Positions 19,502-29,339 of a DNA stretch of 64,000 bases are shown here, in pieces. The notes under the pieces were generated by a model. That model saw only the letters and a list, made by a program, of their open reading frames with translations. It did not search any database and was not told where the DNA came from. Source of the DNA: Beijerinckiaceae bacterium (GTDB lineage: Bacteria; Pseudomonadota; Alphaproteobacteria; Rhizobiales; Beijerinckiaceae); assembly GCA_947452005.1 (NCBI GenBank), contig CANGBC010000008.1:39690-103689 (forward strand), in the 5' to 3' direction. Each line of letters starts with the position of its first letter. Position 1 is the first letter of the stretch. The position numbers and the translations under genes are program-made.

Positions 19502-21457
19502 TTATTGAAAAATGCGGCGGATCACCGCCTTGCCGACCAGTGCCGGCACCACGTCGGTCATTGGGCGCACGTAGTCCTGCTCATAAAATAGTTTTACGGC
19601 TTCGATGCGCGCCTTCAACGTTTCCTCGAATTGTACAGCAAATGATCCAGGAAGAACCCGTTCTATCCGGCAAGGAATGCAATGGTTGCCGATATAACAT
19701 TGTCCTTCTGCGCCCAGCTCTACTAGAGGTGATCCGGCCAAACGGGCCCCCGTGATTGAAATATCCTCTATTCTAAAGATACTCGTGTTTGCGCCGATGG
19801 AGAGTCCAACCTTCCCGCTCGTGGTGAACCGCTCGGCCTTCCGGTAACGCGGACGCTCGATACAGACTATGCAAGTGATCATCAGTACAATCGCATTGTA
19901 CCAGCTCCATGCGAAAGCCAATGTGTCGTCCGCGACCGGCCCTTTGCCGAAGACGGAAAAAGTCATCGCGGCAACTCCAGCCAAATTCAGGGCGAGCAGG
20001 ATGGCATAGGTCCGAAAAAGGGACCATTCTACAAATCGGCGACTTCGGTCGCCCCCCTTAGCTGTCACTTCGAATTTGTGCCCCCGCGGCCGCATTAGAC
20101 CAGCGATGACAGCACGGATAATCGTCGGTAGGGCGAGTAATTGCGTGACATCGGTCATGATAGCCAGTGCGCGGCCCTGCGAGATCCATTGGATCGTCAA
20201 CATCTGCCAGACAAAATACGGAAGAAACCGCGATAGCATTTGAGAGAAGCTGGCATCGATGCAACGAATGCCGAATAGGAGGAACAGGATGGGAATGATG
20301 AGGCCCATTCCCTTGGCGTAATAAACGGCAGTCCAGCCAAGGAAAGCATCTAAGATTGAAAGGCGATGGATGAAAGGCAGATTGGATCCACGCGAGAAAG
20401 GACCACTTCGGCCGCGGAAGATCTGCATGAGCCCCAGGCACCACCGCCCGCGCTGGGTAATATATTCTTTGACGCCCTCCGGAGCCAATCCGAGCGTGAG
20501 CGGTTCATTGAGGTAGACGGTTTCGTAGCCTGCCTCCTTCATGCGCAGCGTAAGAAGATAATCTTCTGTCACCGAATCTGTTGGGAATCCGCCCATGTCT
20601 CGAAGCCGCTGAAAATCGATGATCGATGACGTTCCACAACAGAAAGCGACGCCCCATGCATCCTTACTCGCAAGAATGACATCGAAAAAAAAGCGCTGAT
20701 CGTCTGGCCAGACTTCGCTGGCCTCGAGGTTGATCTGGATGGGATCTGGATTAATAAAATGTTGCGGTGTCTGCACAATCGCGACATTAGGATCGCGGAA
20801 AAGACACAATGCGCGCGGCAAAAATTGAGGGCGGGGAACGAAATCCGCGTCCAGAATGGAAATGTAGGTCGGCTTATTCGGGAGCGTTGCGACATGCTCC
20901 AGAGCGTGGTTGATGTTGCCGGCTTTGGCAAATTGATTGTTTGGGCGTGTCAGGTAACGTGCGCCGAGCTGTTCGGCGAGTTCGGAAAGCCATGCGCGGC
21001 GGCCGTCATCTAAAACCCAGACACGGAAATTCGGATAAGCCATAGAGGTGGCGCCAATGATGGTTCGCTCAAGGATGGCGCGTTCTTCGTTGTAAGTGCA
21101 GATGAAGACATCAACGAGCGGTGGCGGTTGCGCACGAAACCATTCGCGGTTTGCCTCAACCTCTACTGAGCGATTACGCGTGCGGCTCAAAAAGAGCAGA
21201 AGCGTCAGGGCCGCAATGCATGACCCGATTTCGAACCAGAGAAAAATCAGGCCGAAAATGAAGTCAATCGTCCAGTCGGCGTCGGGCAGGCTCGAAGTCA
21301 CGCGCCATGACATGTAATAGACGAGCAAGGCGGCTGCGCCCGATGTCGCAATGACCCTAGCCCAACCATCTTTCGGTGAGAGCAATGGCAACAAGATAAA
21401 GGCTGCCCCGCATGTCACAAGAGCAGGCGCCAAGCTCTGTGCGAAGTCGCTCAGCAT
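19502..21457 (-). CDS. GT2 processive beta-glucan synthase (BgsA/CrdS/BcsA-like) with C-terminal PilZ-like motifs
   Basis: DVFICTYNE, LDDG, AKAGN, DADF, QTPQHF, FCCGT, TED, QRGRW, FEVTAKG; RKAER...DISITG. Confidence 0.9.
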   Translation of the reverse strand: MLSDFAQSLAPALVTCGAAFILLPLLSPKDGWARVIATSGAAALLVYYMSWRVTSSLPDADWTIDFIFGLIFLWFEIGSCIAALTLLLFLSRTRNRSVEVEANREWFRAQPPPLVDVFICTYNEERAILERTIIGATSMAYPNFRVWVLDDGRRAWLSELAEQLGARYLTRPNNQFAKAGNINHALEHVATLPNKPTYISILDADFVPRPQFLPRALCLFRDPNVAIVQTPQHFINPDPIQINLEASEVWPDDQRFFFDVILASKDAWGVAFCCGTSSIIDFQRLRDMGGFPTDSVTEDYLLTLRMKEAGYETVYLNEPLTLGLAPEGVKEYITQRGRWCLGLMQIFRGRSGPFSRGSNLPFIHRLSILDAFLGWTAVYYAKGMGLIIPILFLLFGIRCIDASFSQMLSRFLPYFVWQMLTIQWISQGRALAIMTDVTQLLALPTIIRAVIAGLMRPRGHKFEVTAKGGDRSRRFVEWSLFRTYAILLALNLAGVAAMTFSVFGKGPVADDTLAFAWSWYNAIVLMITCIVCIERPRYRKAERFTTSGKVGLSIGANTSIFRIEDISITGARLAGSPLVELGAEGQCYIGNHCIPCRIERVLPGSFAVQFEETLKARIEAVKLFYEQDYVRPMTDVVPALVGKAVIRRIFQ

Positions 21458-21459
21458 AA

Positions 21460-22710
21460 TCAGCGTGACTTCGGCGCGAAGATGACCTGTCCGGTTCGCC
21501 CGACAATGCACGCTTCTCCAGCCGTTATTAATTCCACATTGACGCGGAACAGATCACGTCGATCAATCACGTGGGGCGGTACAGCGAGATTGCCGGCCAC
21601 GTTCGCCGCGCCGCTCATGTCGACAACGACCCCTTTGGCTTCGTCTCCGCCATCTGCTGGAATGAAGCGCGCCATGTCGCCGATGGAAAGCTTGTTGTAG
21701 ACACGTTCACTGACAGATGCCGTGACAATAGCTGATTTGCAATCGATGTTGCGTATCAGGTCTTGTCCGCTGCGCACATACTCACCGGATGTAACAAGGC
21801 TCTCCCAAATTCGCGTATCACGTGGCCCATTGAGCGTGACCAAAGCTCTGTCGCTGAAGCGCACACGCTCTTCCTCCAATTCGGAGGATAGTCGGTCACG
21901 TAAGGACTGCTCTGCTTTGAATTCTGCACGCAGCTCATTCAAACGGCGCCGCAGATCATCCGCAGCCTGCATCGAGCTAGGACGGTCGTTATAACTATCT
22001 CCAATAAAGATACCGCTTTGAGACGCCTCTAATTCCACCTGTGCCGCCGCGAGCTGCTGCTCGGCACTAATCTCGTTCTGCGCTGCAATTGTGCGTTCGC
22101 GCAAGAGCCGTCCCATTTCGGCGTTCGAAACATTGCCCGTCTTGGAAAGGGCGGAGGAGCGCTCATAAGCTGCATTTGCTTCCTCGCGGCGCGCAGAGGC
22201 CGCGCGTGTATTCGCTTCAAGATCTGACCTACGCGCTGTCAGTTGGCGGATGCGGCCCTGTCGGAAACTTTCTCCTTGCAGTTCCAGGCTGGTGAGCAGT
22301 TTGGTTTGGTCTTCGATTTTTTCCCGTAAGATCGCTAATGATTCCTCGTTACGCGCCCTCTGTCCTTCGATGTCGGTAAGGCGGGTGCGGTCAGCACGCG
22401 GATTGCTGATCGCGACCACCATCTCGTCGCCCCGCAGGCTAATTGTCAGTTGTCCCTCGATTGGCGCTCGAATCGTGATCAGGCGTCTGTTCAGCACTGC
22501 TTCCGTGCTAGTGGGCAAAAGCATTGATCTCGCCGGAACAAAGCCAAAGCCAATGACAAGGCAAATGCCGATCCCAACCTTCGACAATTTCCGATAGCGT
22601 GGCGTTTCCAAAAGCTGGCGAATGGTGTCGAGGTTCTGGGGCGGGAGCTGATCCGTGCCCGGCAGCAGAGGTTCAGGAGATTTCGTGTTAGCTGCGGATG
22701 TCTCTGACAT
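21460..22710 (-). CDS. HlyD-family membrane fusion protein (BgsB/CrdC-like)
   Basis: single TM helix, ITIRAPIEG, long coiled coil, GEYVRSGQDL, CIVGRTGQVIF. Confidence 0.85.
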   Translation of the reverse strand: MSETSAANTKSPEPLLPGTDQLPPQNLDTIRQLLETPRYRKLSKVGIGICLVIGFGFVPARSMLLPTSTEAVLNRRLITIRAPIEGQLTISLRGDEMVVAISNPRADRTRLTDIEGQRARNEESLAILREKIEDQTKLLTSLELQGESFRQGRIRQLTARRSDLEANTRAASARREEANAAYERSSALSKTGNVSNAEMGRLLRERTIAAQNEISAEQQLAAAQVELEASQSGIFIGDSYNDRPSSMQAADDLRRRLNELRAEFKAEQSLRDRLSSELEEERVRFSDRALVTLNGPRDTRIWESLVTSGEYVRSGQDLIRNIDCKSAIVTASVSERVYNKLSIGDMARFIPADGGDEAKGVVVDMSGAANVAGNLAVPPHVIDRRDLFRVNVELITAGEACIVGRTGQVIFAPKSR

Positions 22711-22891
22711 AAGCGTATTCTTAGCCAGACAGTATGTTTCTCCCCAGTAAAATTTCATTTTATTTTTCAGATATTCTAAAAACTAACAAAATTTATTCCC
22801 GGTTAAAAGTACTGCAAATTACCCTCGTTGTGCGCATGATCACTTACTCGTTCCAACAATGATCTTGCCACTCACCCCGGCATCACCGAAC

Positions 22892-23053
22892 TGGCCTGCC
22901 CCCTGAAAAGTTATCCTCCCTGATGTATGGGTTACGAGCCTTTGAGGAGGAATGAGAATGGCTAGGAAAAGGCACAAGGCAGAAGAGATTGTCGCCATAC
23001 GTCGGCAGGTAGAAGTTCTGACAGCACAGGGGCGGTCAGTGGCGGAGGCTGTG
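22892..23053 (+). mobile_element. IS3-family remnant (left IR plus truncated orfA)
   Basis: TGGCCTGCCCCCTGAAAAG end, GAGGAGG RBS, MARKRHKAEEIVA..RQVEVLTAQGRSVAEAV. Confidence 0.8.
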
Positions 23054-23293
23054 TTCTCCATGCGCAATCTACCCTTGCTCGAGCAGGGCACGAGTTATGA
23101 TCCCTTGGCGACGGCCGAGAATCTCTGCGCCGCCGTGAAGGTCTATGCAAGCGGCGGCGAGAACGCTTTTCATGCCCATGGCGGCGAAGATCATGCCTTC
23201 ATCGTGCTGCAGGGCAAGGAATATGAAGGGACAACTTTGCGGGAGCATCTTGGTTTGCCGAAGCCGGAAAACAGGTTCACACGCGCGCTCTGA
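23054..23293 (+). pseudogene. fragments of a cupin and of an NtaA/DmoA-type flavin monooxygenase C-terminus
   Basis: GGENAFHAHGGEDHAFIVLQG (cupin) followed by EYEGTTLREHLGLPKPENRF (LLM monooxygenase tail). Confidence 0.6.
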
Positions 23294-23311
23294 AACGCGC
23301 GGGGATCTGCC

Positions 23312-23515
23312 ATGAAAGCACTCATCATTTCGCGGGCCGCGATTTTGTTCGCGGCGCCTGCTGTCGCGCGACAGGCCGAGCCAATAGCGCTGCGCAGGAT
23401 GAGCTCGTGGCACGTCGGCGGCCGCGTGGTCGATGTGAGCGGGGACAAGGTAGAATTTCGCCGATTGGTTAGCCGCCACGTGGGAAAATTACGGGCACGC
23501 TCGGCAGCGAGCTAA
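23312..23515 (+). pseudogene. N-terminal fragment of a secreted esterase-like protein
   Basis: signal-like N-terminus then EPIALRRMSSWHVGGRVVDVSG, ending abruptly in AT-rich DNA. Confidence 0.4.
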
Positions 23516-23592
23516 GCAATTAAGCAATCAATGAATAAAATAAAGTCTCGTCACAGAGGGTGACCAATTGAGTCAAACTATACATTGGGGTC

Positions 23593-23805
23593 TCAGTGAA
23601 TAGACTTGGAAGCGGCCGAGAGCAATTTGACTAACCGGCGCAGCTTGGGATCAATAGCATCATCACTAACCTCACCGCGCTGGATTTGGATCGCAATCTC
23701 CGCGGACAACGCCCGGAGCCTGGACATGTCCTCGCTCGAGACGACATCCGGGTTGATACCCAACCTTCTTAGGACAGCCTCTGCATCATCATCGAATTCA
23801 GCCAT
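23593..23805 (-). CDS. small hypothetical protein
   Basis: 70 aa MAEFDDDAEAVLRRLG..., GAGAGG RBS. Confidence 0.5.
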   Translation of the reverse strand: MAEFDDDAEAVLRRLGINPDVVSSEDMSRLRALSAEIAIQIQRGEVSDDAIDPKLRRLVKLLSAASKSIH

Positions 23806-24140
23806 ACACCCTCTCATAGTTGCGCTTGTTAATGCTTTATAGGCAGCTGGATCAACGGGTCAAAGGTCCTCCAGTACATAGACAGCCGTTTCTGGAGTCC
23901 TCTGATATCTTGCGTGATGGCTCCTCTTTCGACACCCTATACGTTCCGACTGGCCTCTGTGACAGCCTCATCGATTTAGTCAAAAAAAGCGCAAGCCGAA
24001 ATCAACATGCCACGTCAAAGCGGACATTGCGCGCAACATAAATAATATGGGGAGCCGAAAACCAAAGCACGACTATGATATTTCAACTTGGACCGCGCCT
24101 GCAACAATCATGTTTTGGCATTTTGAGCCCTGGAACAAAC

Positions 24141-24875
24141 CTACCCTTTTGTTCTTAGAGTGGAGCGACCACCATCAACTGCAATCACTTGTCCTGTCAT
24201 CCACGTGCCACGCGTGCTGGCGAGCAATGCCACAAGATGGGCCATATCTTCTGGCGTACCCAGACGTGGCAAGGGATGCATCGCGGCAATCGCATCAGCC
24301 ATTTGCACATTGGCCGTGAGCTTTTCAGCCAAGGCCGTGCGCGTGAGTGAAGGCGCGATGCAATTCACGCGAATTTTGGGCGCGAGTTCGGCTGCAAGCG
24401 AACGCGTGAGGGCTTCAACAGCGCCCTTGGCCATACCGATGGACGCGTGATTGGGAAACCCCTGAGCCACAGCGACCGACGAGAACAAGACAACGCTGGC
24501 CCCGCCTTCATGTTTGGCAAGTGCGGGAAAAGCGGCCTGCACGGCTTGGGCGGCCCAAAGCGCATTGACCAGATAGTCACGCTCAAAATCAGCGCGCGTC
24601 AGGCGCGCGAGTGGTTTGAGATTGATCGTGCCAATGGCAAAGACCAGACCCGCCAGTGTGCCGCCCTGTGCGGCCTCTTCAGCAACGCGCGTGAAGGCGT
24701 CCGCCTCATCAAGATCTGCGATTGTGTAGCTCGCGCCCAATTCGCCGGCAAGCGCTGCAAGCGCCTCGCCATTGCGCGCCACAAGATGCAGACCGTCGCC
24801 CTGCTGATGCAGCGCGCATGCGCTGGCCTCACCAATGCCGCCTGTAGCCCCAAACACAATGATCTTGCCCGACAT
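24141..24875 (-). CDS. SDR-family oxidoreductase
   Basis: GATGGIG, IRVNCIAPS, TGQVIAVDGG; catalytic YxxxK replaced by IGMAK. Confidence 0.9.
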   Translation of the reverse strand: MSGKIIVFGATGGIGEASACALHQQGDGLHLVARNGEALAALAGELGASYTIADLDEADAFTRVAEEAAQGGTLAGLVFAIGTINLKPLARLTRADFERDYLVNALWAAQAVQAAFPALAKHEGGASVVLFSSVAVAQGFPNHASIGMAKGAVEALTRSLAAELAPKIRVNCIAPSLTRTALAEKLTANVQMADAIAAMHPLPRLGTPEDMAHLVALLASTRGTWMTGQVIAVDGGRSTLRTKG

Positions 24876-24905
24876 GACGTCCTCCAGTTGGACGTTATAC
24901 GCGTC

Positions 24906-25529
24906 TCACGCCTGATCGGATGAGGGCTTCAGGTGCAACAAGGCCTCAGGCGTATCAATGTCGAGGCGAGCTGCGGCCTGCGTCACCGCCACTTCGACCA
25001 CATCAGCACGCCCACGCAGCAAATGGCGCGCACCCGCATCGCCAGTGAGCTGCGCAATGTCGGGTGCGAGCCGCGCTGAAAGCAAAACAGGGTTGCCCCG
25101 CACCCCCTCAAACACCGGAACCACCGCGCTGGCATTGTCCTGAAAGGCATCGGCAATCGTGCCAATCAACTCAGCATCAACCAGCGGCATATCGCCCAGC
25201 AGAACACATGCGGCGCGCCATGAGGCGGGCATGGCGCCAAAACCCAGCTTGAGAGAAGAGGCCATGCCGCTGGCATAATCGTCATTATGCACAAAGCTCA
25301 GCGCCAACCCGTCAAGCGCGCCGCGCACGGCCTTTGCTGCATGTCCCGTCACAACAATAACGCCAGCAAGACCAGCCGAGCACGCGGCGTCCGCAACATG
25401 GCGTACAAGCGGCTTGCCATCATAAAGCGCAAGAAGTTTTGATGGTGGCGCATCTTGTCCCGCAGCCTGTCGAAAGCGCGTGCCTTCGCCTGCCACCAGA
25501 ATGATCGCGCCGATCTCACTCCTCGCCAT
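24906..25529 (-). CDS. molybdenum cofactor cytidylyltransferase (MocA-like)
   Basis: ILVAGEGTRF...KLLA, GMASSLKLG, LGDMP, GNPV, GDAGAR, DIDTPE. Confidence 0.88.
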   Translation of the reverse strand: MARSEIGAIILVAGEGTRFRQAAGQDAPPSKLLALYDGKPLVRHVADAACSAGLAGVIVVTGHAAKAVRGALDGLALSFVHNDDYASGMASSLKLGFGAMPASWRAACVLLGDMPLVDAELIGTIADAFQDNASAVVPVFEGVRGNPVLLSARLAPDIAQLTGDAGARHLLRGRADVVEVAVTQAAARLDIDTPEALLHLKPSSDQA

Positions 25530-26532
25530 GCGAGGCCTCGCCCGAACGCGGCTGTGGCCGCGTGACGATTTCCATGAGCAGGCCACCAGACCCCATCCGG
25601 CGAATGTCGGCAGCGCTTACCGGAAGATCCGCGAGCAAGCGCTGCAGCACCCAGTCAAACCCATTTTCTTTAGGCGAGCGCGCGCAGCCCGGCGCGCCCA
25701 AAAAAGCTTTGCCCTTGATCTCACCCACCAGCAGCAAATTGCCCGGATCAACAGGCATGCCAAATTGCGCAATTGTGCCACCCGCCTGCGTCAACGCAGC
25801 CGGAATGACATCGCGGCGGTCGGTGATGGCAGAGGCACCAAAGACAATCATCAAGTCACATGCATCAATATGTTGGGCAATCGCGCCTGCCAGCGCTTGC
25901 GTGTCATGGGGCACGCGTTCATCCGCCACAATTTGTGCGCCAGAAGGCGCAAGGCGCTCAGACATGACACGCAAGGTTTTCTCAACCGTCGATGGCTTCA
26001 ATCCCGGCAGCAGAGTTGAAATGACTGCAATGCGCTTGGGGCGGTAGGGCGCAACACGCAAAGCGCCCACAGGCACAGAACCAATGGCCTGTTTGGCTAT
26101 GTGTTCGGGCACAGCGAAGGGGATGACCTTCACAGTCGCGACCATCTCGCCTTCGACCACTGCGCGATAATGAGGCAGTGTTGCCAAAGTGATCTGCTCA
26201 TCCACGGCATTCAGCGCATCGATCAGTGCAGGCTCGGCCACCAGAATGCCATTGCAATGTGCGAAGAGATTGGCGCGGCCGGTAAAGGCTTCGTCTCTGC
26301 GCAGATTGTCGCCGCCAACGGCGCGGGCGACGCGAGCTGCGGCTTCGTTTTCCGTGATGTCACCCGCTTCCAACTGCGCCACGACGATTTGCGAGAGACC
26401 AGATGCTTGCAGGGCCGTTAAATGGGCCCTGGTGAGCACATCACCTTTTTTAAGTGTGAGCGTTTCCATGTGCAAAGAATGGGCGAGAATCCCGCCCTCA
26501 GCTTCTGCCAATGGAACAGCACCAAATTTCAC
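25516..26532 (-). CDS. molybdopterin-binding protein
   Basis: MKFG..., FTGRANL, GASAITDRRDVIP, GMPVDPGNLL, PGCARSPKENGFD. Confidence 0.88.
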   Translation of the reverse strand: MKFGAVPLAEAEGGILAHSLHMETLTLKKGDVLTRAHLTALQASGLSQIVVAQLEAGDITENEAAARVARAVGGDNLRRDEAFTGRANLFAHCNGILVAEPALIDALNAVDEQITLATLPHYRAVVEGEMVATVKVIPFAVPEHIAKQAIGSVPVGALRVAPYRPKRIAVISTLLPGLKPSTVEKTLRVMSERLAPSGAQIVADERVPHDTQALAGAIAQHIDACDLMIVFGASAITDRRDVIPAALTQAGGTIAQFGMPVDPGNLLLVGEIKGKAFLGAPGCARSPKENGFDWVLQRLLADLPVSAADIRRMGSGGLLMEIVTRPQPRSGEASHGEE

Positions 26533-27230
26533 GATGCCACCTGCGTGCGCAGCGGCTTTTTGCGCAGCGCCAGAATGATTTCTCCCAAGACCGAGACCGC
26601 AATCTCGGTCGGTGTCACCGCGCCAATATCAAGGCCGATGGGGGCGCGGATACGCGCAATGTCGGCCTCGCCAAACCCCTTGGCCTGAAGCCGCTCAACA
26701 CGCTTTCCATGGGTTTTGCGTGAGCCCAATGCGCCAATATAGAAACACTCGGCACGCAAAGCCTGCTCAAGCGCCGGATCATCGATCTTCGGATCATGCG
26801 TGAAACAGCAGATCGCCGTGTAGCGGTCGATCTTCATCGGCGGCAACACGGTCTCGGGCCATTCGGCAATCACCTGCACATCGGGAAACCGCTCGGTCGT
26901 TGCAAAGGCTGTGCGCGGGTCGACGATAACCATGTCAAAGCCAGCCAAACGCGCCATCGGGGCAAGCGCTTGCGAAATATGTACGGCACCAATGACGACG
27001 ATGCGCACAGGCGGCACTTGCACGGTGAGAAAAAAGCTCGTGCCCTCATGCTCAACCAGCGCGCTTTTGCCAGCGCGGATGGCGGCATCGATAGACTCGA
27101 CCAGCGGATCGCCGGCCAGAGTGTCGGGCGTCACCAGACGCTGCACAGCGCCGTCGAGCGATGACACAAGCACAACCGCGCGGCGCTCACGGCGCGCGAC
27201 ATTCAATTCAGCCAGAAGCTCGCGACGCAT
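26529..27230 (-). CDS. XdhC/CoxF family protein, Rossmann domain
   Basis: GAVHISQAL, THDPKIDD, YIGALGSRKT, APIGLDIGA. Confidence 0.92.
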   Translation of the reverse strand: MRRELLAELNVARRERRAVVLVSSLDGAVQRLVTPDTLAGDPLVESIDAAIRAGKSALVEHEGTSFFLTVQVPPVRIVVIGAVHISQALAPMARLAGFDMVIVDPRTAFATTERFPDVQVIAEWPETVLPPMKIDRYTAICCFTHDPKIDDPALEQALRAECFYIGALGSRKTHGKRVERLQAKGFGEADIARIRAPIGLDIGAVTPTEIAVSVLGEIILALRKKPLRTQVAS

Positions 27231-27553
27231 CAGCCGATCCTCTCGACATAGACGCGAATGCGCCCGCCACAGGACAGACCCGCGCGCCAAGCTGTCTCAT
27301 CCGCCACGCCAAATTCCAGCACGCGCGGCTTGCCATCAGAGATGCAATCCATCGCCTCGGTGACCACATCGCCCTCGACGCAGCCGCCCGAAACAGAACC
27401 CAGAAAATGCCCATCCTCGGCAATGGCCAGATGTGACCCCACGGGACGCGGTGCCGAGCCCCAAGTCTCGATCACGGTCGCCAAAGCCACGCCCTTGCCC
27501 GCAGTCACCCAAGCCTCAGCCTGGCCCAGAATGTCATCATCACTCGCCAGCAT
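27230..27553 (-). CDS. XdhC/CoxI family protein, N-terminal domain
   Basis: LATVIETWGSAPRPVG, GSVSGGCVE, GLSCGG. Confidence 0.92.
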   Translation of the reverse strand: MLASDDDILGQAEAWVTAGKGVALATVIETWGSAPRPVGSHLAIAEDGHFLGSVSGGCVEGDVVTEAMDCISDGKPRVLEFGVADETAWRAGLSCGGRIRVYVERIG

Positions 27554-27618
27554 GGTCATCTCCGACATGTTTGACAGAATATAGCGCATGGCAGTCGCCA
27601 TTGCGAGGCACCCAGCGC

Positions 27619-28146
27619 CTAGCGCCGCCGCGCATGGCGCCAGAGCGCCCGGACGCGTGCCCAGATTCCGGCCCGGCTGCCCACCAGTCCGGCTTCTTCC
27701 AAAGCCTGGCGGATCCATGCCCGCACAGGGGCAATCTGGCGCTGTGCCCAATCGTTCATTCGCAGCAGCCAGGCATGCAGCCTGGCCACCCAATCAATTG
27801 AGAGAAGCTTGTCGCGGCACACAGCCCAGACATAGGCCGCCAGCCCAAAACGCACCACTTCTGCCAAAAGATAGATCAGCACGCCGGCTAAAATCTGACC
27901 CCGCGCAAAAGCGACAAAGGAGATCACTTTGATCACCTCGCTCAACGCCAATGGGATCAGGAAGACGAGCAAGGTCGGATAGGGCGGCAGCTTTTCAAGA
28001 ACGGCATGCGCCCAGGCTTTCAGGCGACGCAGCGGCAGAAGGTCGATGATGGCCTGCACCAGCGGCGCAAAAGTCTCCCACAGCCAGGAGACCGCAAGAA
28101 AGATCAGCGCCAGCGTTGTCCATGCAATCTGTTTGACGCTCCTCAT
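27619..28146 (-). CDS. hypothetical membrane protein
   Basis: hydrophobic segments; ATGA overlap with the VWA gene's stop. Confidence 0.7.
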   Translation of the reverse strand: MRSVKQIAWTTLALIFLAVSWLWETFAPLVQAIIDLLPLRRLKAWAHAVLEKLPPYPTLLVFLIPLALSEVIKVISFVAFARGQILAGVLIYLLAEVVRFGLAAYVWAVCRDKLLSIDWVARLHAWLLRMNDWAQRQIAPVRAWIRQALEEAGLVGSRAGIWARVRALWRHARRR

Positions 28147-29336
28147 GCGGAAGCCCTGTTCAGCCAAATACGCGGGTCGGCATTGGTCTTGATCGTCGGC
28201 TGCGACAAAGCCTGCGCCAAATCCCGCAAACTTGCGAGCTGATGTACGGAACGGAATTCATCGACATGCGGCAGCATGGCGCGAATGCCGGATGCTTTGG
28301 CCTCAAAGCGATCATAGCGCAGTAAAGGGTTCAGCCAGATCAGCCGCCGGCATGACCGATGCAAACGATCCATCTCGAAAGAAAGCTGCTCGACCCCTTC
28401 GCGCTCCAGACCATCTGTAAAGAGCAACACCGTTGCCCCCTGCCCCAGCACGCGGCGCGACCATTGTCGGTTGAACGCATGGAGTGAAGTACCAATGCGC
28501 GTGCCGCCTGACCAATCGGGCACGGCATTGGAGACTTGCGCGAGTGCGGCATCAATATCGCGATTGCGCAAAGCACGCGTCACATTGGTGAGGCGCGTAC
28601 CAAAGAGAAAAGTCTCTACACGGCGCTTTTTGGTCAGGTGATGCAGGAAGTGCAGAAAGACGCGCGAATATTCACTCATCGAGCCCGATATATCGCAAAG
28701 CGCGACAATGGGCGGAGGACGCATGGCGGGCTCGCGCCGCGCAATCTGAAACATGTCGCCACCGCGCGAAAGCGCGAGGCGCAAGGTCGCACGTGGATCA
28801 ATCCTACTGCCACGCGGATCAGGACGAAAGCGGCGAATACGGATTTCATCTTGCGGCACGCGCAACCGCACAATGGCTTGCTCGGCACGCTGCAATTCCT
28901 CCACGCTCATTTGCGCAAAGTCTTTTTTCTGAAGCACTTCATCGCCCGACATGGTGAGGCGCATGTCTTGCTCGATCTCAGGGGGCGCCTCGCGCTTAGG
29001 GCGCTTACCGGCCAGCGCTTCCGAAAGGCGTGTCGCCCCGGGTGCAGGTTTGGCCGATTGTTTCTGCGGCTCGGCCATGGGCGACATCATAGCGATCAGC
29101 TTTTCAACAAAGCCGCGCTTTTTCCAGAAGAGATCGAAAGCCGCATGAAAGATGACGCTCTGCTCATGCTTGCTGACAAAGATCGCATGCAACGTGGCGC
29201 GAAAATCCTCGCGCGACGCCACACCTGCCACTTCCACCGCACGCACAGCGTCGAGCATGTGTCCGGGACCAACAGGCAAGCCAGCGTCGCGCAAGAGGCG
29301 AGCAAAATGGGCGATGTTTTCGGCGAGCTTGCCCAT
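28143..29336 (-). CDS. coxE: CoxE-like VWA domain protein
   Basis: CDISGSM MIDAS motif, WSGGTRIG, TDGLE, WLNPLL. Confidence 0.9.
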   Translation of the reverse strand: MGKLAENIAHFARLLRDAGLPVGPGHMLDAVRAVEVAGVASREDFRATLHAIFVSKHEQSVIFHAAFDLFWKKRGFVEKLIAMMSPMAEPQKQSAKPAPGATRLSEALAGKRPKREAPPEIEQDMRLTMSGDEVLQKKDFAQMSVEELQRAEQAIVRLRVPQDEIRIRRFRPDPRGSRIDPRATLRLALSRGGDMFQIARREPAMRPPPIVALCDISGSMSEYSRVFLHFLHHLTKKRRVETFLFGTRLTNVTRALRNRDIDAALAQVSNAVPDWSGGTRIGTSLHAFNRQWSRRVLGQGATVLLFTDGLEREGVEQLSFEMDRLHRSCRRLIWLNPLLRYDRFEAKASGIRAMLPHVDEFRSVHQLASLRDLAQALSQPTIKTNADPRIWLNRASA

Positions 29337-29339
29337 GTG

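Noticed and set aside
16067-24140. Island as an intact prophage or ICE
   Set aside because: No integrase, structural, terminase-large or conjugation genes, and no att direct repeat found by eye at the borders.
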